Of a stretch of DNA of 64,000 nucleotides, positions 50,920-64,000 are shown in pieces; the stretch's first letter is position 1; each line of letters opens with the position of its first letter. The translations under genes and the position numbers were made by a program. Source of the stretch: Vicugna vicugna (taxonomy: Eukaryota); the NCBI GenBank assembly GCA_013265495.1, contig MU061579.1:792872-856871 (forward strand), given 5' to 3'. Below the pieces are notes generated by a model. That model was not told the origin of the DNA. It ran no database searches and was given only the letters and a program-made list of their open reading frames with translations.

Positions 50920-51620
50920 ATGCCCCCCACGCCCTTGAGGGCCTAGCAGAAGACACCAGGTACCTCATGAGTGAGAGTCTCTGCTGATCACACGTCAGGG
51001 GGGTCGGGGAGGCACATGTGGAGGCGGGGCTTCTAGCTCCCATGAAGGATACAGAACACTAAGAAGGCGTGTCTTGGGCCCTCGATGCGAAGACCAGGTG
51101 TCCCTGAGGCATGTTGATTCTCAGAGCTGCTGGTTCCGGAAGCTTGCTCCGCAGCCGGCACTGATGTAAGGTTCTGGGCTACAGGCTTCTGCCTAATGGG
51201 CCACCAGAACTGCTGATAGGGACTGAGGTTTCAGCAGCTGGCTGGCAGTTGACTGTGTTTCTCTCATTTTTGCTAAGTTTGAAGGTGAATGGTACCTGGA
51301 TCCTGTACCTCCCTGATGTCACTGGAGGACAAGGATGATCCCCTGAGAGGAAGCCTGAATATGAGCCTGTGATACAGCTGAGCTTTATCAGATGCCATCC
51401 CAGTCTCTGACCTTGTAGAGTCCAAGCACTGCAACACAGCTCATCTCTCATTCTAAGTCCTGAGCTTCAGACCCTCTTTTTAACCCATTCTGAGGGCCTT
51501 CGACCCTAGCACCTCATCTCCTGCTTGCACCCGGGACATTACTTTGTATCTCTGAGTCTCCCCGTTCATCCCCGCCAATTGAGCTCTGAAGCCCTGCTCT
51601 GCCTCCCCAAGTCTTACATC
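50920..51620. promoter_or_regulatory. GC-rich promoter-like island of unknown origin
   Basis: Markedly GC-richer than its flanks and retains CpGs. CRE-like TGACGTG (minus, 50997-50991), GC box GAGGCGGGGC (51021-51030), ETS-type TTCCGGAAG (51134-51142). Confidence 0.35.
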
Positions 51621-51687
51621 AACACTGCCCAAAGGTTGTAATATCCAGCAGAAGTGAGCTTACTTGGAAAGTTTAGACACATCCAGG

Positions 51688-51820
51688 TATATGGTGACAG
51701 ATCTTAATTAGACTTATTATGATGATTATTTCACAATATACACAAATATTGAATTATTATTTTGTATACCTGAAACAAATATAATGTTATATGTCAATTA
51801 TACCTCAGTTAAAAAAATAA
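51688..51820 (+). mobile_element. L1 3' terminal fragment (L1MA/MB age)
   Basis: tatggtgacagat...acctgaaacaaatataatgttatatgtcaattatacctcagttaaaaaaa. Confidence 0.75.
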
Positions 51821-52154
51821 GAACAAAATAAATCTTTTTGATGTATGTCTAAAGATTAATATACTCTTCTAAATATGATGAATTTTTGTTTATATGCCTG
51901 GTGACAGGTAAGTCAACAAACACAAGTATTTTAAGCATCAAAGTTGTTTCAGGGTATATGGAAGACATCATCCTTACCAAGTACCAAGTATGCTTTTCAA
52001 ATTCTGTTGGAAAGTGTTTAGATGGCAATCTGAAGACTATATCCTTATCTTTTGAGAACTTGTTATGAAATGTTCCCGTTTTACACAATTAGACAAAACA
52101 TATCAAACAGAGGCCAGTCCTCAAGGATTTAAAATTCAATGCAGAAAATAGTTT

Positions 52155-52340
52155 ATACAGATAAAGTGATAAACAATAAGTTCCTACTGTATATGACAGG
52201 GAATTCTATTCAATATATTATAATAGCCTATAATGAAAAAGAATATGAAAAGGAATATATATATGTATAACTGAATCACTATGCTGCACACCAGAAATTA
52301 ACACAACATTGTAAACCAGCTATATTTCAATTTTCAAAAG
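52155..52340 (+). mobile_element. Young LINE-1 3'UTR fragment (camelid type)
   Basis: gataaacaataagttcctactgtat...ctgaatcactatgctgcacaccagaaattaacacaacattgtaaa. Confidence 0.85.
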
Positions 52341-52483
52341 AGATGATGGCTGTCCCAATTCATAGACCGGCCAGTTGCTTGGCAGTTCAAAGTTCAATGT
52401 CATGTAGAAGTGTAGTCACTGAATGTTCTACATATCTCCGATATCAACTACCATGCCTACTCATGCTGCTTTAAAAAAAAAAG

Positions 52484-53002
52484 TGTTACAGAATCCAAGC
52501 CCATACCACTTGCCACATAACAGCCCAATAAATCGAGAGACAAGGTGTTGGGGCAAGGATTGGTGATTTTATTCAGAAAGCCAATACACTGAGAAGATGG
52601 TGAACTAGTGTTCCAAAGAACCATCCTACCTGAGTTAGAATTCAGACTGCTTTTATACTAAAAGGGGAAGGAGTGTACCCGATTGTTGCAAACTTCTTGG
52701 TGCAGAAATCGTTTGTTCTTGCAGCTTGCAGAACATCTTTGAAGTTCAAGTATGTTTGGTCACAATGTTCCTGTAAACCTTCAAAAAAAAAAAATACTAT
52801 TCTCTGCTCTGTGACTTTTTATCTCTAGAAGAATGGAAAAGTGTTAAACCTTTAAAGGTCAGAGCCTTGAGAATGGGCTATCATGTACATTTCAGGCTAT
52901 AGACAACCGTCTTTTACAAAAGATGCAGAGCCAGCATGACTAAGCACAGGCAACAGAGCACAGGGGTTAGAGCTAAAGGAGTCAGGTTTGTTCTCTGTTA
53001 CA
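52484..53002 (-). mobile_element. ERV1 solo LTR (laurasiatherian LTR39-like)
   Basis: TGTTA...TTACA termini with a 4-bp TSD AAAG (52480-52483 and 53003-53006). AATAAA on the minus strand near 52570. Confidence 0.85.
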
Positions 53003-53189
53003 AAAGTTCAGGTGCTGGCAAAGAGGAAAAAATCAAGGGTGCATGATAACTATTTCCTCAACAAGATCTCTAATCGTACCCTTTTGTCTGACTGCCTGGA
53101 AGAATAGCCTTTTTCATGGTGCTCATTGTTTTCAGTAGGCTTTGCCTCATCTCAGTCTGACCCCAAGTTAAATAACGTAATATTATGGG

Positions 53190-53435
53190 TAAATGCCGTA
53201 AAATAGATACAGCCTTCGGATAAGCCTAAATCTGAAATCAAATCCCAACTCTCCTATTAAGAGGGAAGATGTTATCTTGGGAATATTACTTAACTTCTCT
53301 GACACAGTTTCTATTTCTGTTAAAAGTGGATAAGCAATATTTCCTTAAAGGGATTGCAATGATAATAAATATGATATAAAATACATATACATCGTTCAGA
53401 AAAATGCAAAGTATATTTTAGGCAGTCAATACACA
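53190..53435 (+). mobile_element. MIR
   Basis: atcttgggaatattacttaacttctctgacacagtttctatttctgttaaaagtggata. Confidence 0.65.
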
Positions 53436-56169
53436 GTAATTCTTTTTATGTAAGCACACCATCATTTTGAGTTTTATAAAATTATTTTAACACTAGAAGG
53501 GATATTATAGTGGCAGAAAATACATGGTGTACTTTTCTGTCCTTTCTCTTCTACTTTTTCCATTACATAATTTTAGGAATAAAAATATTTGTGTATATTA
53601 AGAAAATATTTTTAAGTGCTTCACAAGTCTATACCAGTTAGTGTAGACTCTGGGAATACAACTGAGGCCATGACACAAGACCTAGCGCCTGCTTTGGTAG
53701 TGATTCCACTTATTTCAAGCTTTGAGCTCCAGTATTTGGTCAATGAGAAACTCAAGGAATAAAGAAAGACAACAGATTTCAGGAAGCAAGTAGATATAGG
53801 AAATTATGGAAATTTAACTAAGGAATTCTGGCCAGGTGAGAGGTAGGTGAGGGGAATAGAAAAAAGATTCAGTTTGCCTAATGAAGTTTGGGAGAGAAGA
53901 GAGTGGATATAGAGGGAAAGAGGAGTCCCAGAGGATTGATCATTCCTTCTTTTTCCCCTTTCACTTTTCAGCTCAGTACCTTTAATCCTGCCATTATAGG
54001 TGGCTCCCTGAACTAGCTCTGAAAAGAGCTGAAAGTCTGGATGGATTGGTAGTGAAAGAGTGTTCTTGTCAGCAGTTATCTAAGGACGAGAGAAAGAACA
54101 GGACACTTGTTACCTCAAGCAGCAAGGAGAGAAGAGAATGCCAATATGCACCACAGAATGATTTATATTATTTTTTTTACAGTTTATGTTAACAGTCTAT
54201 TGAGATATTCTGAGCTTTCAATAGACGCATTTCAAATACAAGATGGGCTTACTAGACAAAGTAGAGGACCTTACATCCCTTTCTTGAAAAAGAGTATCTC
54301 TATTTTTTCCCTATTGTATTTGTGTTTAACATATAATTTTTATGACAAAAATTGTTTCTCTGGGGAAAAAAGGAAAGAAGGAAAGATAGAAGGTAGGTGG
54401 ATAAAAAAATAAGAAGAGGAGGGAAGGAACACCTATTCTACATGCAGAAAGCACATGTTAAAAGCCAGTTGATTGGTAGAAGCAGTAATGTATCCAGTTG
54501 TAGGAGGGGAAAGAAATGTAGTGGAATGGTAGTGATGAAGACGGTTTTATGGAGATGCAGCTGAGGTTCCACTTTGGAATCTGTGTAATATTCAAATAAA
54601 TAAGAAAGTGTAGCAATCTAAAGACTGGGGGAATAAATTTAGACAGATGGAGATAAGAATAATCCTCAAGTATGCCCATTGTTAACAATTTTGAGTGTTC
54701 CTCTGATGGTGACTAACATTTGTCCCTGTGTTTCCTCATTCCACAAAGCTAAGGGGGTTTTAGTAAAGTTCTCTATGGGCCACCAATCTCCCCCCGCTGA
54801 TAAATGTGTTAGCTTTCTACACTACTGCTGAAACCCACTTGGACAAATTGAAAACAATTCTGTTTTCATCAACATTAAATTACAGATAGAAAATATTGTA
54901 TGGGAATTATAATTTGATAAATGGGAACATTCTGAGTCCCATATTGAGTCCAGATGGTTACAGTGTCTTTAATACATGCATCCATTTGGCATTGGCAAGT
55001 TTGTGTATCACAGTCTCTTTTGCATTTATGTTTAATGATGGATAGATTCCAAATAATACAAGATGTTCTTCAACATGTTAAACTTCTGGTGAGTAAGTGA
55101 GCAGACAGTGAGCTCTCTTTTTCCCAAGGTACTGCATGCTTTCAGCATAACTGTTCAGAGGGGATCTGAACTTCAGACTGATTAACTGATGTTTTCCTAT
55201 CCCAGGCAAAAGAGAGAATAAAATGAATGATTGCTTCCCTCCAAAAGGAGAAAATATACTTAATCTGAACTGTAAAGTTTAAAGTGCATCTAAAATTCCA
55301 GAATATTTTCTTCATTCTGCAGCCAAATGTTGAATTCAGGGCAACTTTCAATGAGGTCTAAGGTTTGGGGGCACTGGGTATTTTCAGAGGTGTCTACAGC
55401 CAAGTTAGGGACACAGGCAAATGTTGCCTGAAACATGATTCACATTTCCTTATTACTTTATCTGTTACATCTACTATAAATGCATCTCTCACCTGTCAGG
55501 TTTTCCTATCTTCAATTTCCTCCCCTTTAAAGCCAGCAAGGGTTTTCAATTTGTTTTCCTTTAATGCTTCTTAGTTTTTTCAGCCTACTTTAAGATTTGA
55601 TGGTTCCTTACTCCCTATAAAATACACAAACAAATTAAACTTGGCTTGGCATGAAAGTTTACTTGCATTTTTTATCCATTCTAACTTTGCAACATTATCT
55701 TCTTTTTATTTCTTATCTTTTTATTTTTTTTTCTGTCCATTAGTACACTTGGTATTCCACTAAAATTAAACTATTTTTCTCCCTCATCCTTCAACAGACC
55801 TGAAGAAAAGTCCTACTATGAATGGTTACATCTTGGAATGTCTGGGATTGGCCCCAGTACAGCTTGATCCTCTGCATTTCTCCATTATGTTATGTGATGA
55901 CTTCCACTCACTAGCTACTATGTCGATAAGAGGAAAAGGACTCAGTATTTCTACAGCAAGATATACTCACATCCTGATAAGTTCACGTAGACTGTGCGCC
56001 TGGTTGTACCAGATCAGTCTGCCCACAGAGTCAGACTGAATATGTTTGTACGTCTCAGAACAGTAGAAAATAAACAGAACGGTATAAATTTCTTCCACTT
56101 GAGAATGGCAAAAAGTGTTTCCAGAACCAAACTGTTTGACCCCCAGCTTCATTACTTCTAGCTAAATAG

Positions 56170-56400
56170 AACAGACTGTTTCATAGGCAACATCCATTTT
56201 CCAAATTTTCCAAAGTAACAGAATACTGATCAATGTGCCCAGCTAAAAGACGGCATTTCTCAATCTCCTTTGTGGCAAGTCTGACAGAATTTTGGTCACA
56301 GAGAAAAAGAAAAGAGAAGAAAAGAAAAAAAAGGAAAAAAAAATGTGTGTCTGCACTCTGGAAGACTCTTAAAAGGCAAAGGGAAGTTTCTTCTCCTACT
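56170..56400 (+). mobile_element. Old MaLR LTR fragment (MLT1J-like)
   Basis: agtaacagaatactgat...aatgtgcccagctaaaagacggcatttctcaatctcctttg. Confidence 0.55.
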
Positions 56401-56484
56401 ATTTTAATGAGGCATATGTTAGATGCTTTGAAATTGTTCTGTACTTGCTGGATGTTCTGTCCTTTTATTATCATCATTATTATT

Positions 56485-56765
56485 CTTTTTTCCCTTTGGA
56501 TTTCAGTTTAGGCAGTTTCTATTGACTTGTATTCCACCTCACTGATCATTTTCTTGTCTGCATCCAGTCAGCTGATGAAAACAACAAGGCATTCCTCATT
56601 TCTGTTATAGTAATTTTGATTTCTAGAATTTTCCCTTGAATCTTCCTTAGGTTTTCATTTCCTTCTCTCTGCTTACATTACCAATCTGTTTATATATGTT
56701 ATCTATATTAATCATAGTTATTTAAAATTTTCTGCTTTATAATTCTCAAATCTGTGTCATATATT
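56485..56765 (-). mobile_element. Old L1MC/MD ORF1-region fragment
   Basis: gtttctattgac...cctcactgat...aaggcattcctcatttctgttatag...gatttctagaattttc. Confidence 0.6.
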
Positions 56766-56781
56766 TGTCTTCTTTTGAAGA

Positions 56782-58495
56782 CATGCTCTTGGATTGGAAT
56801 AATTAATATTGTTAAAAAGTACATACTACCCAAACCAATCTATAGATTTAATGCAACCTCAATCAAAATACCCATGACATTTTTAACAGAACTAGAACAA
56901 AATAATCCTAAAATTTATTGAAACACAAAATTGCAAAAGTAATCTTGAAGGGAAAACAAAACAAAAGAAAACAAAAAACCCAACTGAAGGCATCATTATC
57001 TCTGACCTCAGACTATACAAAGCTACAGTGATTAAAACAACATGGTACTGGGACAAAATCAGACACATACATCAATGGAACAGAATATAGAGCCCAGAAA
57101 TAAACCCACCCACTCAATGTCAATTAATCTATGACAAAGGAGGCTAGAATTTACAATGGGAAAAAGACAGTCTCTTCAATAAGTGATATTGTGAAAACTG
57201 GAGAGCTACATGTAAAAGAATGAGATTAGAACATTTCTCATACTATACATAAAAAAGAAACTCTAAATAGATTAAAGACCTACATGTAAGACTTGAAATC
57301 ATAAAACTCCTAGAAGAGAACATAGCAGAACACTTTTTGACATACATTGCAGCAATATATATATATTTTTTTTTGATCCGTCTCTTCGGCCAAAAGAAAC
57401 AAAAGCAAAAAAAAACAAATGAGAACTAATGAAATGTTAATGTTTTTGCATAGCAAAGAAAACAACCAACAAAACAAAAATACAATCTACTGATTAGGGG
57501 AAAATATTTGAAAATGGTATGACCCATAAGGGGTTAATATCTAAAATATATTAACAACTCATACAACTAATTGTTGAAAAAAAAACTACCCAATTAAAAA
57601 ATGAACAGGAAACCTGAATATACATTTTTCCAAAGAAGACATACAGATGGCCAACAGGCACATGAAAATATGCTCATCATAGATAATCAGAGAAATGCAA
57701 ATTAAACCCACAATAAGATAGCACCTCACACCTGTCAGAATGGCTATCATCCAAAATCTACAAATAACAAATGTTGGCAAGGATGTGGAGAAAAGGGAAC
57801 CCTCATACACTGTTAGTGAATGGGAATGTAAATTGATGCAACCATTATGGGAAACAGTAAGGAGTTTCCCCAAAAAAGCTAAGAACAGAGCTACAATATT
57901 ATCCAACTATCCAACTCCTAGGTATATATCAAAGAAAATGAAAATACTAATTTGAAAATGTACATGTACCCAATGTTCATAGCAGCAGTACTTCCAATAG
58001 CTCAGATATGGAAGCAACTTATGTGTCCATCAGCAGATGAATGGATAAAGAAGATGTGGTTTTATATGCAAATGGAATATTACTCAGCCATAAAAAGAAT
58101 GAAATTCTACCATTTGCAACAGTGTGGACAGACTAGAGAGTATTATGCTAAGTGAAATAAGTCATACAGGGAAAGGTAAATACTAAATGCTGAATGTTAT
58201 CACTTATCTTTTCTATCTAAAAAGCAAAACAAACATGTACGTAACAAAACATAAACAAACTTACAGATGTAGAGGACACTAGAGAGGTCACTATAAGTTA
58301 CCAGTAGGGAGAGGGACTGGGGGAAAAGCAAGTCGGGACAAGGGGATTAAGAATACAGGACAGGGAAATGCAGCTGTTATTTTGTGATCATTTCAATAGT
58401 GTATAAACTACAAAAATACTGAATCACTATTTTGTACACCTGAAACTAATATTACATTAACAATAAACTATTCTTCAATTAAAAATAATTAAAAG
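56782..58495 (+). mobile_element. LINE-1, 5'-truncated about 1.7 kb (ORF2 3' part and 3'UTR), frameshifted
   Basis: Encodes the CSWIG.INIVK...LPK.IYRFNA region and the C-terminal domain ([31 protein letters not shown]...DEWIKKMW), followed by an A-rich tail. Confidence 0.93.
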
Positions 58496-58499
58496 TGAC

Positions 58500-58670
58500 C
58501 CAATCAATAAATTTTAGCATATATCAGATTATCTCTAGTTCTCATTAAAACACATATTGCCTAGTTATGCCCCTCAGAACATCTGATTCAACAGATCTGA
58601 GGTGGGAACTCTTAATTTACATTTCCAAAAAGTTCTTACATGATGCTGAGGCCCTTTGAAAAGCAATGTC
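58500..58670 (+). mobile_element. MER5A-like hAT-Charlie
   Basis: ctgattcaacagatctgaggtggg...atttacatttccaaaaagttc...tgatgctg. Confidence 0.65.
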
Positions 58671-60329
58671 TTAAATCGTCTCTTATATGTAACCAGTTTT
58701 CTTCTCTCCTTTGCATCTAGAATAGTACTATTGAAAAGAAAGTCCCACAAACCATTTTCTATGTGGTTTAATTCTCCCATAAATTTCACTGGAGAGTGCT
58801 TGCCAGAAAATGTCACAGTCTTTATGTAAGATACCTCTTACCTCCTCCTATGAGCTGTGTAGAAACAATATAAGAACCTCTAACAGTGAGAAACACTTGG
58901 CATTGGTGAGATTGCTTTGAACATCTCCATGCACTGGAAATAAATACTTTAATTTTGTCCAATGGGACCTCTTGGAAATGATCTATGATTAGAGTAGCCT
59001 ACACAAGTTTGAAGAAGAGTGTCTGTTAATTAAATATATCACTGAATAAATTATGGAAAGACTTATACGCTAACAGAGTCGCTGATTTGCAGAATGTGCT
59101 GACACGCCCTTCTTCTCTGACCTGTTTTATGTCTGTAAGTACTTACGAAAACTTAACCCTGAAAATTAACCTGAAATTCTTTCTGCTTTGAGCCCTTTAT
59201 TCCCTATGGCAGTGAAGACTGATGGTCTAACAGTGAGTGAGTATAATTTTGACAACAGCAAAATATTTATCTACGTGTGTTTAATGAAGAGTGAGCTTAT
59301 CTCAAGTCTGCCAGATACTTTAAGATTTATGGGGTAAAACTTGCACCTGCTATAATATTCCTTCCCGTTTCCTAGGGCTTCCTTTCTCCTCTTCTTTGAG
59401 TGCATCCTTTCTTGTTTGAGAAAGTGAAATCTGAATTTTACATTTCTTTCCTCCCATTTTCTTTATCATTTAGCTTAGCTTGATTATTTATTTTTGACTT
59501 TCATCAATTATTTTCATGATGGCTTACCTTTTTTAGTTTAGATTTTGTTTGCCTTATTTCAGTTTGCCCTTCTCTGTGTTGCTGCCTTTAATTCATGTTC
59601 AGAATTGTTTGCCAGGCTTTTGGATTTTTTTCTGCCTTTTATTTTCCCTCTGTTGATTCTCTGGTGCTCTTATTTTGCTGCTAGAGTCAAAATGGATGTG
59701 AAACCAGTGTCTCATGTGGATTTACTCTGTTTTGCACAACATTTTTCTTTTATATTTTTGTTTGTTACAAATTATCATGGCTTATAAACCCTTCCAGGCT
59801 TTTCAAAGGGTTTTGTATTACTAAAACATGAAAAATAAAAGGATGTAGCAGTTTCAAAAGGACAGATTCCCTTTTAGAAGTCACAGAGGATGCTAAAGTA
59901 AAGCAACAAATGGCAGTTGAATGTATTTTTCAACATCACGAGGTAATATGGCTGCTCATATAATGTCACGGAAGTTAATGAGGCAATTTCCTGTGGAGAG
60001 GCAAGGTGGCTCAGAGCAATGCTCATGGCACATTCTGACAGAAAAACAAACCCTCTTTGCTCACTGGAGATTACAGTTTCAAAATAATTTAGAAATGAGC
60101 GTCTACTTATGAAGAATGGAATCACTGACCCAGGATTATCTAGAGCTTCAGATACCTGGTAGTGAGGCAGACATATGGTTAGCAGAACACATTCTTTGCT
60201 AAGTACCCTGTGGGCCCAAACTTGAAAGAAAGATCCTAGACAGTTTATGTCCACCTTAAGATCTTGTTAGACTGTTAGATAGTATCTCACAGGTTTCCTA
60301 GTGGCGGGCCCTAGCAATCACCTCACCTC

Positions 60330-60755
60330 TGGCCCATTAAGGAGAAGACGTCACTGAAAGTGTAGAGGCTTACACAGAGCAGTTCCAGGAGACTGGGGAC
60401 TTAGACCAAAACCAATAACAAAAACAAAACTACATTACAGGTCAAAAGAGGTGAGACTGCTAGAATGTCAACCAAAACCTCACCAAAGAAAGATGCTGTT
60501 GGAGACTACTGTCACACAGAATACTGGCCTTGTGGCATCATAAATTCTTCACGGCCCTGCCTTTACTTCAGACTGGAAGCTCCAGGCAGGGTATTTTGAC
60601 TGGCTGAGCCTCGATTGTATACTAGACATCAGGGTGGTGCCAGAAGTACCAGCTTCTCACCTGAGAGGTGGGCACATAGGAATTCTCATGGTGTGAAATT
60701 CCTTTAATAGAAGGAAGCCACGATGCAGAAGAGCCAAGAAAATAAAAATATCTCG
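60330..60755 (-). mobile_element. Old MaLR LTR fragment (MLT1L-N class)
   Basis: gactggaagctccaggcagggtattttgactggctgagcct. Confidence 0.45.
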
Positions 60756-60779
60756 TATCTATGTATTATGTATGCATTC

Positions 60780-63700
60780 CTGAGCTCTATAGTTTTACCT
60801 GCTTTTGAATTTTATAAAATTGAATCAAAATGTATGTTCAGTAGGATAACATTCTTTGATTCAATTTTATGTTTGTAGGATGCATGTTGATGTGTGTAGC
60901 AAATAGGTTTATGACCTGAGAGATATTGTATTCCATTTTATAACTGTATTACCATGTATATATTTATTTATCCTATTTAGGATTTTCTCAGTTTTGATTA
61001 CTACAGACAATGTTTCGCACGTTCTTTTAAATGCATCCTGACCTTCTGTAGTGTATTTGCCCAGGGGTGGAATTTCTGGGGTTTAGAGGAATAGATACAT
61101 ATTTGATAAGTAATGAAAAATTACTTTCCAAAATGTTTATACCAATTTGTGCTTCTGCCACCAGACTGTGAGAGTTCCCCTTGCATCTGCATTGGTTCGT
61201 TATTGCCACAATGATGTGGCTAAACAAGCCACCTCAAACACAGTGGCTGAACGTTGTGATTGTTTATTCTCATTATTATAATCCATGGCTGTCTCTGTTT
61301 CACACTGCAGTTGTGCGGGTCCAAGTCTGCTCCATGTCCCCTCATCCCATCTTCCTATTTCTGACGGCAGATGCCTGAGAAAGCAAGGTGCACACACTTT
61401 CAAAGCTCCTGTTAACACAACTTTTGCTAACATCCCACTTGCCAAAGCAAGCCACCAGGATAATCAACAATCAGAAGTAAGGAAAGGTACTCCACCTTTG
61501 GTGGGAAATACTACTTGGTTATATGGCAACAATGTGGTAGAGGGAAAAGTGAAGAATTAGGACCAGTAATTTATCATATCTCTGCATTCTCATCAACATT
61601 AGGTATTTCCAATCTTCCAAAAATGGTATATAAAATATTTTATTGTGGCTGTAATATATATTTACCTGTTTATTAATGAGGCTAGACATATTTTTATATC
61701 TTCATTGGACTTTTATGTTTCTCCTTTTGTGAAATACCTGATTACATGTTCTGCCCCCCATTTTTTAAAAAAGATTCTTTGTCTGTTTCTCCTGAGAGCC
61801 ATTCTGTATTTTGTTATTTGTCTTTTTCCACCACATATGTTCTTATCAAGTCTTTTAACTTCCTTTATAATGATTTTTACCAAAAGTTCTTACTTGTAAC
61901 TTAATCAGATAGATCATTTGACATATTGTTAATACCTTTTTTTGTTGTTGTTGTTCTGCTTAAGAAGACCTTTGTCTAGACTGAGGTTATGAAAATATTC
62001 TCCTGTATTATGTTATCTCTGGAAATCTTTATAGTTCTTCCTCATACATTTAGTTACTCAATGTATCTTGATACGGCAAGTCTTTCCACTTGATCTTCAA
62101 GTGTGTCTTGGGCTACTCTTGTCCTTTTGTACTTGAAATAAAATTTAAATTCAGCATTCCAAGTTCTACAAAATACCAGTGTACTTATTTTAATTTATAG
62201 CACATTGAAGTTACACAATGAAGTTACACACTGAATTTTGACAGATGTTTTTCCAATAATGAACTTAATGAGTTTTTCAATTCATAAAATTAGTTTGATC
62301 TTTAGAATTTTTCTAAATAGTTTTGTAATTTTCTCAATAAAGGTCTTATATTTTTTTGTTTATTCCCGGATACTTGGTATTTTTGCAGCTATGGTAACAG
62401 TGTCATTATAAAAAATTTTATTTTCTAGCCATTTATTTTCTAAGGATTTAATGCTGGACTGTAACATTAATTTGTGAGGTTCTTCATTTTTTGCCCAGCA
62501 ATGCTTCTGAGTTCATTCATTAATTCTAATAATATTATCTACTAATTGCTTTGGGAATTTCTATGTATGAAGTAATATCATCTGTGAATATTGAAAGTTA
62601 TTTCTTCCTTTCAAATTCTTATAACATTTATTTTAATTGCTTGCATTTAAAGTATTGGCTGTGATCTAAAGTAAAATGTTAAATCAAAATGTTAATAGCA
62701 GGCATTTGGGCTTTAAATTGAATATGAAAAAGAAGGGTTTGCACATTTTACCATTTAATATTGTTTGCTCTAACTTTTGAGGACACTTTTTTAATCCCTT
62801 TTTGAAAAAGCCTCTTAGATTTCCACTTGAAAAAAACAACATGAATGGTTGCTTAATTTTTAAATGCTTTTATGGTATCTATGCAAAAGACTATTTCATT
62901 TTTTTTTACTCCTCACTCTTTAATATAGTTAAACTTTAATTTTCTAATGTTAAATTAACTTTACCCTCATCAGATAATCTATAGTTAATTATGATGGCTT
63001 ACTGGAACAGTTTATTAATACACTAGGGTTTTTTTTTTATCATTATTTATGATTTAAGATTGGCCTTAAATTTTTCTTTCTTTGATGTCTTTTTCAGGTT
63101 CTGATAGCAAGGTAGCCTAAAATGAGTTGAAAAAGGTCTCTTCATAGATTATTTTTTAACTGTGTTTGTAATATTGGAAATAAATATTCTTTGAAAGCTT
63201 GGAAAAACTTAGTGGTGAAGTCTTTTTAGCCATAAGTTATTTCATGGGAATAATTGTGTCTGATGACTTAATTCTGAAAAATATATAAATTTTAAGGTTT
63301 TAATTATATTTGTATATTTCATTTAAATATTCAAAATACTTCATATTTTCTAAAATTTTCTATTTTTAAGTATGTTTGACATATCTGAGTTATTTTTTCC
63401 TTTACATTTGCGTAGTAGATTCAACTTTTTTTCCTCCATTATTTACTTTGCTCTCTTAATATTTTTTCCTTCTAGAATTTTTTTCTATAATAGTTTTGTC
63501 CAACTTCTTGAATGAATGGTTAGTTTACTTCCTTACTTTTATAATTGCCTAGTATAAGATTTATGGCAATGTATTCCTTTTAAATTCTGCCTTATTTCTA
63601 GGCCTTAAGTTTTGGCAAGTGATATTTTTATCATTTAGTTCAAAATACTTGCCAAATTTCATTGTGATTTTTTTAACTAAGGTGTAACTTAGAAGTGTTC

Positions 63701-63800
63701 ATTAATTTTTCAGAAATATAGGAGATTTAAAATTATTTTTTAATTGGCTTCTGCTTTACTGCATCATAGTTATAAAGTATGATCTAGAATTTGAAAAAAA
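60780..63800 (-). mobile_element. Old L1ME-type 3' end and ORF2, highly diverged
   Basis: gaattttataaaattgaatcaaaatgtatg...gttgatgtgtgtagc; gtaatatcatctgtgaata; gttaatagcaggcattt. Confidence 0.7.
61188..61578 (-). mobile_element. MaLR LTR (MLT1I/J-like) nested in L1ME
   Basis: gttattgccacaatgatg...tttgctaacatcccacttgccaaagcaagccac...ggaaaggtactccacc. Confidence 0.7.
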
Positions 63801-64000
63801 ATTTTTTGAACCCCCCTGTACAATTCAGTAAATGTAAGGTGATAATATTACTTATTTTCTGATCTGTTATACTTTTGAGTGTGAAAAGAGATTGTAACCC
63901 TCAGAAAAACAGCTTGAGCAAATCAGGCTGCATGGTTATCCAAACTATGTAATACATCTTCGTAACTTTTCCACAGATGCTGGAAAATTACGTGTTTTCT

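Noticed and set aside
51120..51300. Minus-strand peptide RTLHQCRLRSKL resembling the Myb/SANT-like motif of ZSCAN20/29
   Set aside because: Similarity is limited to a few residues and does not extend in any single frame; unsupported without BLASTx.
51905..51913. Perfect plus-strand donor CAG|GTAAGT (a similar AAG|GTGAGT lies near 39985)
   Set aside because: No good upstream acceptor or coding frame; isolated consensus donors occur by chance.
59135..59146. Palindrome GTAAGTACTTAC giving a splice donor on both strands
   Set aside because: Twelve-bp palindromes are expected many times in 64 kb, and the flanking minus-strand candidate exon has stops in all three frames.
1..64000. Prokaryotic systems (CRISPR arrays, operons, defence islands), tRNA or rRNA genes
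   Set aside because: The sequence is mammalian repeat-rich DNA. I saw no repeat-spacer array, dense coding or structural RNA signature.

Overview
This is AT-rich mammalian genomic DNA, intronic or intergenic, and not microbial. Roughly half of it is interspersed repeats: young and old LINE-1, L2, L3/CR1, MIR, MaLR (MLT1) and ERV1/ERVL LTRs, a truncated LTR16/ERV3-16A3-type provirus, and hAT/Tigger DNA transposons. The young L1 3' ends and MER41-like LTR point to a cetartiodactyl. I saw no Alu, B1, SINEC, PRE-1, BovB/Bov-A or CHR SINEs, so a camelid is the most likely source (inference). No known gene, RNA gene or CRISPR array is recognisable, and the supplied ORFs are chance ORFs or repeat fragments. 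The best leads are: (i) three phase-compatible candidate exons on the minus strand (13618-13457, 10081-9982, 9860-9654) that splice into an unrecognised 150-aa ORF; (ii) a GC-rich promoter-like island at about 50.9-51.6 kb; (iii) a compound local duplication (A-B-A'-D-D') at 49.8-50.6 kb; (iv) two twin-primed (5'-inverted) L1 insertions. Repeat family names come from recalled consensus sequences, not a search. Boundaries are approximate unless TSDs or TIRs are quoted.
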